Positions 8,353-17,082 of a stretch of 64,000 nucleotides of DNA are shown piece by piece. The position numbers and the translations under genes are program-made. Under the pieces are notes generated by a model. It did not search any database and had not been told where the DNA came from. It saw nothing but the letters and a program-made list of their open reading frames with translations. The number at the start of each line of letters is the position of its first letter. The first letter of the stretch is position 1. Source of the DNA: an uncultured delta proteobacterium (lineage in GTDB: Bacteria; Desulfobacterota; Syntrophorhabdia; Syntrophorhabdales; WCHB1-27); the NCBI GenBank assembly GCA_963768735.1, contig CAVYJH010000014.1, positions 22,233-86,232 of the forward strand. The letters are read 5' to 3'.

Positions 8353-9063
8353 ATGTCGTATATACTTGAGGCGCTGAAGAAACTCGAGCAGAAGCGGGAG
8401 CAGGAGGAGGTGCCCAAGCTGTTCGTCTTTTCCCGCGCGGCCCGACCTAAGCGAAAGAAACGGTTGTCGTGGCCCTATCTGCTTGCAGCCGCGCTCCTCC
8501 TGAACGCAGCCGCGATGATCTGGTGGGTCAGCGAGAGGCACGGAGAAAGGCGCGCGACCGTTGCGGAGAAGGTGGCCGTCCCTCCGGTGTCCGTCCCACC
8601 CGCGCCCCTCACGGCTCCGGCAAGGAAAGATCACCCGCAGGCCCGGAGGCCGGGTAAGAAGAAGGCCCCGTCCGTCGCGCGGGGTGTGATGCCGCGGCCG
8701 CCGGCCCCAACGGTGGCAGCAGCCCCGGAGGTCCCTCAGGTGCGCGCGTCCAAAGCCATGCAGACGGAAAAGCCGCCGGCTCAACCCGAAAGCCGTGAAG
8801 AAAAAAGCAAAGGGTCCCATGGAGCGGTCTTCCCGCTCGGCGATCTGCCCTCCGCCGTGAGGAAGGGGTTGCCGGAATTCAGGATTTCGGGCCACGCCTA
8901 TAGCCCCGAGCCACGGACGCGGGTGGCCAGGATCAACGAGAAGATCCTTCAGGAAGGGCAGGAGCTGGCGCCCGGACTCAAACTGGAGGAGATCGTCCCC
9001 GGAGGTGTCATTTTCGGTTATCGGGGCTATCGCTTCAGGGTCGACCTGAGCGGAAGCCGTTGA
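8353..9063 (+). CDS. gspB: GspB/ExeB-like protein
   Basis: N-terminus MSYILEALKKLEQKRE, one TM helix, a Pro/Ala-rich linker, and a C-terminal LPEFRISGHAYSPEPRTRVARINEKILQEGQELAPGLKLEEI. Immediately follows exeA. Confidence 0.65.
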   Translation: MSYILEALKKLEQKREQEEVPKLFVFSRAARPKRKKRLSWPYLLAAALLLNAAAMIWWVSERHGERRATVAEKVAVPPVSVPPAPLTAPARKDHPQARRPGKKKAPSVARGVMPRPPAPTVAAAPEVPQVRASKAMQTEKPPAQPESREEKSKGSHGAVFPLGDLPSAVRKGLPEFRISGHAYSPEPRTRVARINEKILQEGQELAPGLKLEEIVPGGVIFGYRGYRFRVDLSGSR

Positions 9064-10106
9064 AAAGCGCCACCGGCCGCCACCCCTCTCCCGTGGAAGA
9101 GCAGCTCAAAGCGCGGATGGCCGCCACCGGTCTCCTCTCCTACGACGCTTTCTTGGAAACGGTGCTTTACGACGAGCACCATGGATACTATAGGGCCGGA
9201 AAACAGGGCCGGCAGGACTACTGCACGTCTCCGGAGATACATGCCCTCTTCGGCCGCACCCTGGGCGGCTACATCGAGGCAGTCTGTGACCGCATGCAGG
9301 TCCCGTCGGTTGCCATACTGGAGCTGGGAGGCGCTTCGGGAAAGCTGGCCGGCGATATCTGCTCCGGCTTCACCCACCTTACCCCGGACGCCTATTTCAT
9401 ACTGGAGAAGGGCAGGGAAAGAAGGTCCGGCGCCCTCCGGTGGATCAACACGCTCGAGAGGCTGCCGGCCATGGAGGGGTTCACCTTCATCCTGGCAAAC
9501 GAATTTTTCGATGCCCTTCCTTTTCACAGGGTGATCAACCGGGAGGGCAGGCATGAAGAGGTCTATGTGGGCCATAAGGACGGGTTTTTCGAAGAAACGG
9601 GGCCCTTGAGCGAACCCGTTGCATCGTTCCTCGATGACTACCCCATCTTTTTGCAGGAGCATCAGGAGCTGGAGGTGACGACAGCGGCGGCGCCGGTTGT
9701 CGAGGCGGTATCACGCCTCGTGGGGAAGGGCTGCTTCCTTGTCTTCGATTACGGCTACCATCAGGCCGATATCGCGGCGGGCAGATTTTCGCACGGCAGC
9801 GCGCTCGGCTACAGGGACCGTAGGATACGCACGGATCTCTTCTCCTCGCTCGGAAGGACCGATATCACCCATCACGTCAACTTCGACCACATCGAGGCCC
9901 TGCTTGACAAAGAAGGGTGGCGCAAGGACGGGGAAACCGAGCAGTACCGCTTCCTTCACAGGGCAGGGGTGCTGGAGAGACTCGGCGGGCTCAGCGTGGA
10001 AGAGCGGATGTCGGTGAAATGGCTCATCATGCCCGAGGGTCTCGGCTCGACGATCCAGGTGCTGGGGTTTTCGAAGGGGCTGCCGTTCCCCATGCCCGGC
10101 TTTTGA
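9060..10106 (+). CDS. MidA/NDUFAF7-family SAM-dependent methyltransferase (DUF185)
   Basis: FLETVLYDEHHGYYR...ILELGGASGKLAGDI...ILANEFFDALPFHRV...TDITHHVNFD. The track start is TTG at 9060. An ATG at 9117 is an alternative start. Confidence 0.75.
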   Translation: MKSATGRHPSPVEEQLKARMAATGLLSYDAFLETVLYDEHHGYYRAGKQGRQDYCTSPEIHALFGRTLGGYIEAVCDRMQVPSVAILELGGASGKLAGDICSGFTHLTPDAYFILEKGRERRSGALRWINTLERLPAMEGFTFILANEFFDALPFHRVINREGRHEEVYVGHKDGFFEETGPLSEPVASFLDDYPIFLQEHQELEVTTAAAPVVEAVSRLVGKGCFLVFDYGYHQADIAAGRFSHGSALGYRDRRIRTDLFSSLGRTDITHHVNFDHIEALLDKEGWRKDGETEQYRFLHRAGVLERLGGLSVEERMSVKWLIMPEGLGSTIQVLGFSKGLPFPMPGF

Positions 10107-10308
10107 GCTGATGATACGTCTGCCGGAGATGGCCGCTTCTTTGTCCATATCGCTGTGACGCGAGGTAGAGATGCAGACAGTGACGTCCCCTGCGCCGTAG
10201 GCTGGCTGTGCATGGGATATGCTCATGCCGTGGATATGTTGGTAACATGTGTCCACACATTTACCATTAATGGACACATTACTGGGACGTGTCCTTGTCG
10301 TGGACGTA

Positions 10309-11700
10309 TTACCACCCGCTCCACGTCACCCCCTGGCCGACGTTGAGCCAGTAACCCGCACCTGGACAGAACTGGCTGAGGGTGCTTGAGAGGTTTGTCG
10401 GGTCGTAAAACTGCCAGCCCTGGGAGGGATAGCCCCAGGAGACCTGAAGGGCGCTGCCAAGAGAGAAGAGGGCCGTCGAGGCGGGGGCGCACGATGTCCC
10501 GTTGTAGCCCACGAGGTTCCATCCGGAAGTAAGGGTAAGAGACGAAGATGGCGCAGTGCCCGAGAGGTCGAGTGTTTTTGCAGAGGTCATCTTTATCCAG
10601 TAGCCCATTCCTGCCTGCATGGTCGTAAGGGTGCTTCCTGCCGCGTCGTTGGGATCGTAGACCTGCCAGGTTTGGTTGGGATAGGCCCAGACCACCTCAT
10701 AGGCGCCCTTGACGCCCGAAAGCACGGAGGCAATGGAGGTGTTGGCAGGCTGCACTGGCAGAGAGACAAGGTTCCAGCCGATGGAGAGCGCAGGCGTGGG
10801 GATCGCCAAGAAGCCATGCTCCACACCGTTCGCGTCATAGTATTGCCCAACGATCGTGCCGCCGTCATTAATGTCATAGGCAAAGGTGGAGGAGGCGCCT
10901 GGGTAATTCAAGGGGGTGTAAGTCGTACCGCTCAAGGAAAAGCCGTGAGATGCACCGCTCGCGTCCTTGTAATGCCCAACGATCGTGCCGCCTTTATTTA
11001 TGGCGGCTGCTGCGGTTGCTGAAGCGCCTGGGTAATTCAAGGGGGTGTAAGTCGTACCGCTCAAGGAAAAGCCATGAAGCGCACCGCTCGCGTCATAGTA
11101 CTCCCCGACAATCGTGCCCCCGGTATTAATGCCATAGGCTTGGGTGGATGAAGCGCCTGGGTAATTCACGGGGGTGTACGTCGTACCGCTCAGGGAAAAG
11201 CCATGGGGCGGACTGTCCTCACTATACGTGTCCCAGTAATCGCCCACAATTACGCCTCCGTCATTAATATGAATGGCCTCTGAAGGATGACCTGGATAAT
11301 TCAGGGAGGTATAGGTCGTACCGCTCAGGGAAAACCCATTATCCACACTGCTACCGTGTCCGTTCCAGTACTCCCCGACAATCGTGCCTCCGCTATTAAT
11401 GCCATTAGCCCAAGTGTATTGAGCGCCGGGGTAAGAAAAAGAGGTATAGGTCCCACCGCTCAGGGAAAAGCCGTGATTATACCCACTCGCGTCCGCGTAT
11501 GTGCCGACAATCGTGCCCCCATTATTTATGGCGTTCGCGGAGGTTGCTGAATTAGGGGCGCCGGCATAGACTGGTGAACCACCGGGGTAATCGACGGTGG
11601 TAAAGGAGTAGTTGGCGGCGTAGGCGTCACTCAACGCGCCGAGGGTAAGAACGAGGGCGATCAGCACTGTTGAACCCTTTTTCACTGAATGCCTCCTCAT
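10309..11700 (-). CDS. Secreted repeat protein (about six or seven ~46-aa HAF-like repeats plus a duplicated C-terminal GWNLV...GYW module)
   Basis: Signal peptide MRRHSVKKGSTVLIALVLTLGALSDAYA. Repeats HGFSLSGTTYTPLNYPGASST.AYGIN.GGTIVG.YYDASG. No PEP-CTERM tail. Confidence 0.7.
   Translation of the reverse strand: MRRHSVKKGSTVLIALVLTLGALSDAYAANYSFTTVDYPGGSPVYAGAPNSATSANAINNGGTIVGTYADASGYNHGFSLSGGTYTSFSYPGAQYTWANGINSGGTIVGEYWNGHGSSVDNGFSLSGTTYTSLNYPGHPSEAIHINDGGVIVGDYWDTYSEDSPPHGFSLSGTTYTPVNYPGASSTQAYGINTGGTIVGEYYDASGALHGFSLSGTTYTPLNYPGASATAAAAINKGGTIVGHYKDASGASHGFSLSGTTYTPLNYPGASSTFAYDINDGGTIVGQYYDANGVEHGFLAIPTPALSIGWNLVSLPVQPANTSIASVLSGVKGAYEVVWAYPNQTWQVYDPNDAAGSTLTTMQAGMGYWIKMTSAKTLDLSGTAPSSSLTLTSGWNLVGYNGTSCAPASTALFSLGSALQVSWGYPSQGWQFYDPTNLSSTLSQFCPGAGYWLNVGQGVTWSGW
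10800..11613 (-). repeat. Intragenic tandem repeats (~130-140 bp units) of the HAF-like repeat gene
   Basis: Near-identical DNA stretches such as GCGCCTGGGTAATTCAAGGGGGTGTAAGTCGTACCGCTCAAGGAAAAGCC recur at about 10897, 11027 and 11155. Confidence 0.7.
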
Positions 11701-11771
11701 GCAAGAAGTTATATCCGGCAGCTCGGCGGTCTTTGCTGATGACCGCCAGAGGCGGCCAACTGGGAGCCGTC

Positions 11772-11807
11772 GGCTTTCCGCACCACCCTCACGGATGGTT
11801 TGGCTTT
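11772..11807 (-). promoter_or_regulatory. Conserved 5' leader element, copy 2 of 4
   Basis: Gene-sense AAAGCCAAACCATCCGTGAGGGTGGTGCGGAAAGCC. The stem is CCATCC/GGGTGG with loop GTGA. Confidence 0.6.
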
Positions 11808-11825
11808 ATCAGATTATGCCCTCAT

Positions 11826-11852
11826 ATTATACTACATATCACTAAGTTTCAA
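11826..11852 (-). promoter_or_regulatory. sigma70-like promoter of the HAF-like repeat gene
   Basis: Gene-sense TTGAAA-N15-TATAAT. A second -35-like TTGCAC sits 14 nt further upstream (local duplication). Confidence 0.45.
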
Positions 11853-12125
11853 GAAGACATGTGCAAGAAAATGTACAGGTTCTGAAAAAATAAATTCCTC
11901 TCTCTTTTACGCGGTACTCTTCACTCGCCTGAGAAGCCCGCGTGCGGGGGTTTTTGGCGCAGGCCGCAGATTAACATTCCTTGCTCTTGGAACATAGAAA
12001 GCACAGGGGCTTATCCATGGGTGCGGGCAACCCTGTAAAAAAGTCAGCGGGGTCCTCACCTCTGGGCACAATGAAGAGGCCCCGCATGGCGCTTGTGCGG
12101 GGCCTCAGACTAGAAAATCCGTTGT

Positions 12126-12256
12126 TTTCCGTCCCACCGACCTTAGCCGCTGCTTTCGCTATTCCAGGTTATGTCTTATACGGGATATGTAATACAGCGC
12201 ATCATTCATGTCAAGGTGAGGACATGCTGATTCCGGAAAAGTAAATTCCTCTCGCC
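12126..12256 (-). promoter_or_regulatory. Degenerate fifth copy of the surface-protein promoter/leader cassette, with no downstream gene
   Basis: Keeps TTCCGTCCCACC, GCTTTCGC, a TATAAG-like box, TGTCAA (-35) and AAATTCCTCTCGCC in the same order as 23150-23270. The hairpin 3' arm is lost and the -35/-10 spacing is about 28 nt. Confidence 0.4.
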
Positions 12257-12433
12257 TTCTCACGGAAAGGGTTACTATAGTTGTTGCAATCTTGTGGTGT
12301 TTCTCTGATAATGAAGAAAAGAGAGATCGCAGCCGTAAAGGCTTATAGGCCGTCCCGGCGAATGAGAGTGTACCGGATGAAACAGCATCCCTGCCGACCC
12401 AGGGGCCCACGATAGATGAAAGGAGGTGTCAGA

Positions 12434-12739
12434 ATGAACGATCTCATAGGAATTGCGTGGTTCAAAGATGAGCTTACTTACCGGAGGGCGCGTGCGATCT
12501 TTACGGATCCCCAGAATATGCCCGCCACCTATGAAGACTGGAAAGCGCTTGTGGGAAGGCAATGCGAAGAGATTAAGGGTTGCGGCAATATCGCTCTTCG
12601 CGCGGACATCGACCCGGAAACATTTGTCGATTGGTGCAACAGTCGTGGATTTAGAGCCGATGCCATGGGCAGAACGGCGTTCGTCAACTACGTCGAGCTC
12701 GAGTATCGGAAGACCGGTAAAGGAACGGTCATCGAATAG
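12434..12739 (+). CDS. Hypothetical protein (101 aa)
   Basis: AAGGAGG lies 7 nt upstream of the ATG at 12434. Normal amino-acid composition. No family recognised. Confidence 0.5.
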   Translation: MNDLIGIAWFKDELTYRRARAIFTDPQNMPATYEDWKALVGRQCEEIKGCGNIALRADIDPETFVDWCNSRGFRADAMGRTAFVNYVELEYRKTGKGTVIE

Positions 12740-12865
12740 CCCGTAGAAACACATTTCGGCCGGTGAATCTGTTCGTCCGATCGGCAGCGCGATGGTAGCG
12801 AGCTTGAGCGAAGCGATCATTGAGCCGATGAAACATTTTTTTGGTACCGACAAAGGGGAGCCGGA

Positions 12866-13300
12866 ATGGAAAGTGATAAGAAAGCCATAGCCAAGCTCTT
12901 GGGGATGCGGGAACAGAAAGTAGGGATTGATCGATGTTCCTATGCCCCGGAGTTTCCCGACGAGATCAAGGCCTGGAAATTTATCGGGAAAACCGATCCT
13001 CTGCTACGCAGATATCAGAACAATCTCTATTACCCGCCCAGTGCACTAATAAGCCTGCTCGATCTGGTAACCGAACTGCTGTTCAGGAACAGATTCAGCG
13101 GGACAGGCGGGCTTCCCGCCTTAGTAGCCAGCGACTCAAGATTTCGAAAGGCGGTCATGCCTGAAAATAACCTGCTCATACAAGTAAAGTTGTTGCGCAA
13201 TTACAAAGGAAGAATAGGCATATTCTCCGGTGTCGTCGCCGACCGGGAGGGCGACATAGTTGCGGAAAACATATCCAAAGGGACAATCATAAAGATCTGA
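12866..13300 (+). CDS. Hypothetical protein (144 aa)
   Basis: ORF with GGGGAG upstream. No family recognised with confidence (the C-terminal half is vaguely hotdog-fold-like). Confidence 0.45.
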   Translation: MESDKKAIAKLLGMREQKVGIDRCSYAPEFPDEIKAWKFIGKTDPLLRRYQNNLYYPPSALISLLDLVTELLFRNRFSGTGGLPALVASDSRFRKAVMPENNLLIQVKLLRNYKGRIGIFSGVVADREGDIVAENISKGTIIKI

Positions 13301-13318
13301 TGGCAGGGCCTTCGCAAA

Positions 13319-13341
13319 GACCATGCCGTTGGCCGGCCGAC
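13319..13341 (-). repeat. Copy of dispersed 23-nt repeat core GTCGGCCGGCCAACGGCATGGTC
   Basis: Exact reverse complement of 20727-20749. Confidence 0.6.
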
Positions 13342-13440
13342 CGAAGAGACATAGAATGGCCGTCGGAGTGCCGTGGCAAGTTTCACCTTACTCGTGTATA
13401 ATGTAAAAGTTTCGACCGTGCCAGTGAAAGGGGTGGAGAG

Positions 13441-14259
13441 ATGACCGTTGTTTCCGTGCTATACATAGCCCTCGGCCTCTACCTCACCTCTGCCGTCTGC
13501 TATCTTGTCTCTCTGGCCGGGGCCAGGAAGGGCCTGGAAAAGCCCGCCTACTACTTTTTTACCCTCGCCTTTTCCGTTCATCTCTTTGCCCTGGTCCTCC
13601 GGTATATCGTCAACGGTTACGTGCCGATCACGAACCTCCATGAATCCCTCTCCTTCTTCGCCCTGTGCACGGCGGGCTTCTTTATTTTTCTGAGGCGCGT
13701 CTACAGGGTCGGGGTGCTGGGCAGCATCTTCCTGCCTGCCCTCAGCCTCATGCTCGTCGGGGCCCTTGCCTCCCGCGCCGATATCAGGCCCCTCCCGCCG
13801 ATCCTGCAAAGCTACTGGCTCCCCATTCACACGGCCTTCGCCTTTATCGGCAACGCCGTCTTTTTTACGGGCTTCCTCGTCTCCGTGGTCTATCTTTTTC
13901 TGGAGCGGGGTATAAAGAAGAAGCGGATGCGGGATGTTTCCGGGCGCTTTCCCTCGCTGGAGACGCTCGACCGGATCAACTACAAATGCATGTCCTACGG
14001 GTTCCCTTTTTTGACCATAGGCATTATCACCGGCTCTCTCTGGGCGGAGCTTGCCTGGGGCTCGTACTGGAACTGGGACCCGAAAGAGACGTGGTCGCTC
14101 ATCACGTGGATGATGTACGCCATACTCATTCATAACAGGCTTGCCATCGGCTGGCGGGGGAGGAGGACAGCCTACATGATGATCGCCGGGTTCGTCTCCG
14201 TAATCGTCACGTTTATCGGCGTCAACCTTTTCCTGGGCGGACTTCATTCTTACAGGTGA
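13441..14259 (+). CDS. ccsA: CcsA/HemX-like cytochrome c assembly membrane protein
   Basis: Polytopic membrane protein with the Trp-rich motif WGSYWNWDPKETWSLITW. Sits directly upstream of hemA, as in hemX-hemA arrangements. Confidence 0.8.
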   Translation: MTVVSVLYIALGLYLTSAVCYLVSLAGARKGLEKPAYYFFTLAFSVHLFALVLRYIVNGYVPITNLHESLSFFALCTAGFFIFLRRVYRVGVLGSIFLPALSLMLVGALASRADIRPLPPILQSYWLPIHTAFAFIGNAVFFTGFLVSVVYLFLERGIKKKRMRDVSGRFPSLETLDRINYKCMSYGFPFLTIGIITGSLWAELAWGSYWNWDPKETWSLITWMMYAILIHNRLAIGWRGRRTAYMMIAGFVSVIVTFIGVNLFLGGLHSYR

Positions 14260-14266
14260 AAGACCC

Positions 14267-15551
14267 ATGCACCTCATTGTCGTCGGCCTCAACCACAACA
14301 CCGCGCCCCTTGACATAAGAGAGCGGTGCTTTATCCCCGAAGAGGCGAACAGTGATGCCCTCGGCAAGCTGACAGGCGCAGGCGCCGCCGAGGCCGTGGT
14401 GATCTCCACATGCAATAGGACGGAGGTCTACGCGGCGGCCGCGGATGCCGAAGGCTCAAAACGGGCCGTCATGGGGTTCATGGCCGAGCGCTTCGGGTCG
14501 GCGCCGCTTGCCGATTACCTCTATACGCTGAGCGACGAAGAGGCGTACAGGCACCTGTTTCTCGTTGCCTCCGGGCTCGATTCGATGGTGATAGGAGAGC
14601 CTCAGATACTGGGTCAGGTAAAGGACGCGTACCGGTCGGCGGATGCCCCGGGCTTCGCGGGGCCTTTTCTCGGTCAGGCATTCAGCCGGGCCTTCCAGGT
14701 TGCAAAGCGGGTGCGGACAGAGACGCGGATCGGCTACAACCCCGTCTCGATCAGCGCCATGGCCGTCGAGCTTGCAAGGAAGATATTCGGCGAGTTCGAC
14801 CGGCGGCAGATACTCGTGATCGGGGCAGGGGAGATGTGCGGGATCGCGCTGAAGCACTTCAGGAAGGAGGGTCTCGAACAGGTGTTCGTCACGAACCGCA
14901 CCTTCACAAGGGCGCAGCAGCTTGCCGAAGAGATGGGAGGCATCGCCTATCCTTTCGACGATATCCCGAGCCTCCTCACCAAAGTCGATATGGTGCTCTC
15001 GTCAACGGGCGCGGAAAGGCCGATTGTCGACAAGGCCACGGTCCTCGGCGTCATGAAAAAGAGGAAGAGCCGCCCCCTCTTCTTTATCGACATTGCCGTG
15101 CCGCGGGATATAGATGCTGCCGTTAATGATATCGAGAACGTCTACCTCTACGACATCGACGACCTGAAAGGGCTGTCCCAGGCCCACCTCTCGAACAGGC
15201 TTGAGGAATCGCGAAAGGCGCACGCGATCGTGGACGAAGAAGTACATAAGTTCGGCATGCGGCTCAAAGAGCTGGAGATGACCCCTTTGATCGCCAGAAT
15301 CCGTGAGAACATGGAGGCCATAAGGACCGGGGAGATGAAAAGGGCGCTCCAGAAGCTGAAAGGGGCGGACCCTGAGACGATCAGGCAGGCTCGATATGCT
15401 CACCAGGGCAATCGTCAACAAGATCGTCCACCCGCACCTGATGATGATCAAGAAGAACGGGAGCCCCGTGGTGCTCGACCTTATGAAGAATCTGTTCTTA
15501 CCGGGGGAGGAAGATGAAAAAGAAATGGATGGTGGGGACCAGGGGGAGTAA
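14267..15551 (+). CDS. hemA: Glutamyl-tRNA reductase, with an apparent +1 frameshift near 15388
   Basis: MHLIVVGLNHNTAPLDIRE...VISTCNRTEVY...GEPQILGQVK. After ...DPETIRQ the conserved C-terminus LDMLTRAIVNKIVHPHLMMIKKNGSPVVLDLMKNLF is only read in the next frame (stop 15549-15551). The track ORF ends at 15517 in the wrong frame. Confidence 0.85.
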
Positions 15552-16422
15552 GCTCGCCCTTGTCCAGACAGGAATGGTGATAGACGCCCTGGCCGGCCTC
15601 TACCCCGAAAGCGACTTTGCCGTGAAGATCATAAAGACTACCGGCGATTCCGTATGGAATACTCCGCTCTACATGATCGGTGAAAAGGGGCTCTTCATCA
15701 AGGAGATAGAGGAGGCCCTTGCTGCCGGTGAGGTCGACCTCGCCGTTCACAGCATCAAGGACCTGCCCACGGAGCTTCTCGGGGGCCTGAGCCTCTCGGC
15801 CGTCCTCCACAGGGAGGACCCGAGGGATACCTTCATCTCCGTGAAGCATGCACGCCTTGCCGACGCGCCGGTCGGGGCGAGGATCGGCACGAGCAGCATG
15901 CGCCGCCGGGCTCAGCTCCTCGCCTTGAGACCCGACCTCAAGATAGCGCCCTTGCGCGGGAATGTGGACACACGGGTGAGGAAGTTTCAGGAACAGGATA
16001 TGGACGCCGTCATACTTGCCCATGCGGGGGTAAAGAGGATGGGCCTCGAAGAGCATGTCAGGGAGGTCCTATCCCTGGACGTGATGGTACCCGCCTGCGG
16101 GCAGGGGGCCATCGGGATAGAGACAAGGTCGGGCAGCGATGCCGCCTTGCTGGTGAAGCCGCTCGACCATGAGGAGACCCGTTTCGAAGTGGAGATGGAG
16201 CGCGCGTTCCAGGCCGGCGTGGGGGGCGGATGCAGCGTGCCTCTCGGCGTCAATGCAAGCCTTTCGGGCGACCGCGTGACGCTGCGCGCCGCATACGGCG
16301 ACGAGGCCGGCGCGATCATCTTCAGGGACCGTGCGGAAGGTGAAAGGGCGGAAGGGGCCGCCCTGGTGGAGGGCCTCCTCGACGGGTTGAGGCGCGCGCG
16401 CGTCTCGGCGCCTTCCCGCTGA
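15514..16422 (+). CDS. hemC: Hydroxymethylbilane synthase (porphobilinogen deaminase)
   Basis: VGTRGSKLALVQT...IKTTGD...LFIKEIEEAL..GEVDLAVHSIKDLP. An alternative start is the ATG at 15529. Confidence 0.9.
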   Translation: MKKKWMVGTRGSKLALVQTGMVIDALAGLYPESDFAVKIIKTTGDSVWNTPLYMIGEKGLFIKEIEEALAAGEVDLAVHSIKDLPTELLGGLSLSAVLHREDPRDTFISVKHARLADAPVGARIGTSSMRRRAQLLALRPDLKIAPLRGNVDTRVRKFQEQDMDAVILAHAGVKRMGLEEHVREVLSLDVMVPACGQGAIGIETRSGSDAALLVKPLDHEETRFEVEMERAFQAGVGGGCSVPLGVNASLSGDRVTLRAAYGDEAGAIIFRDRAEGERAEGAALVEGLLDGLRRARVSAPSR

Positions 16423-16526
16423 AAAATGTTGCCAAGCGGCGTTTGGGAGAGATAGACTACCGGTGCGGGCATGTGCGGCAAAGGGGGGTTTTCGCCATTC
16501 CCGACACGGTCTAAGGAGAACGGACG

Positions 16527-16964
16527 ATGTTTGGTTTCAGGAAAGGAGAAAGGATAGGGAGTGTCGCAGCATTTTTCAAGAGCCGGGACGACGTTGTTCC
16601 TGGGATGGGGAAAAGCACGCCTGCCTGGTTTAGCGTCCGGGCGAAATCTTTTATCATACCCGTTGTAGCCCTGCTTCTTATTGCAGCGGCCGCGGTTTAT
16701 GTAGAGGGCCTGCGGTCGGAAGCCGCCGGGCTGAAAAAGGAAACCGGCCGGATGACGGCGGAGATAGAGGCGCTGAAGACCCAAACAGCGACGCTTACCG
16801 CGGATCTGGCCAAATCCGCGAGTGCGCTAGAGGCGGCAAGGAGCGAAGTTGCCGGACTCGAGAAAGATCTGGAAATGGAGAAATTCCTCAGAGCCAAGGA
16901 AGCCCAGGCTGCAGCGAGAAAAGCTGCCGCGGATAAGAAGAAACCTGTAAAGCGAAAGAGGTGA
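16527..16964 (+). CDS. Membrane-anchored coiled-coil protein (hypothetical)
   Basis: One TM helix (IIPVVALLLIAAAAVYV) followed by an Ala/Lys/Glu-rich coiled coil and a basic tail. Confidence 0.5.
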   Translation: MFGFRKGERIGSVAAFFKSRDDVVPGMGKSTPAWFSVRAKSFIIPVVALLLIAAAAVYVEGLRSEAAGLKKETGRMTAEIEALKTQTATLTADLAKSASALEAARSEVAGLEKDLEMEKFLRAKEAQAAARKAAADKKKPVKRKR

Positions 16965-17082
16965 GGCCCCATCATTTTTCCCGTTATTCCTTGGTTGACA
17001 GCGGTCCGCCGCCCATGGTAACATTACGGCAGGCTCACGCGGGGCCTTGAGCGTATATCTTTAACGCACACAACGAAATACG

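Noticed and set aside
13459-14415. 318-aa ORF on the minus strand
   Set aside because: Antisense shadow of ccsA-like and hemA. No recognisable motifs.
15380-15400. Programmed ribosomal frameshift in hemA (and in the other split genes)
   Set aside because: There is no slippery heptamer or downstream structure. The same insertion context recurs in unrelated genes, and in czcB it is contradicted by the paralog, so an indel artefact is the simpler explanation.
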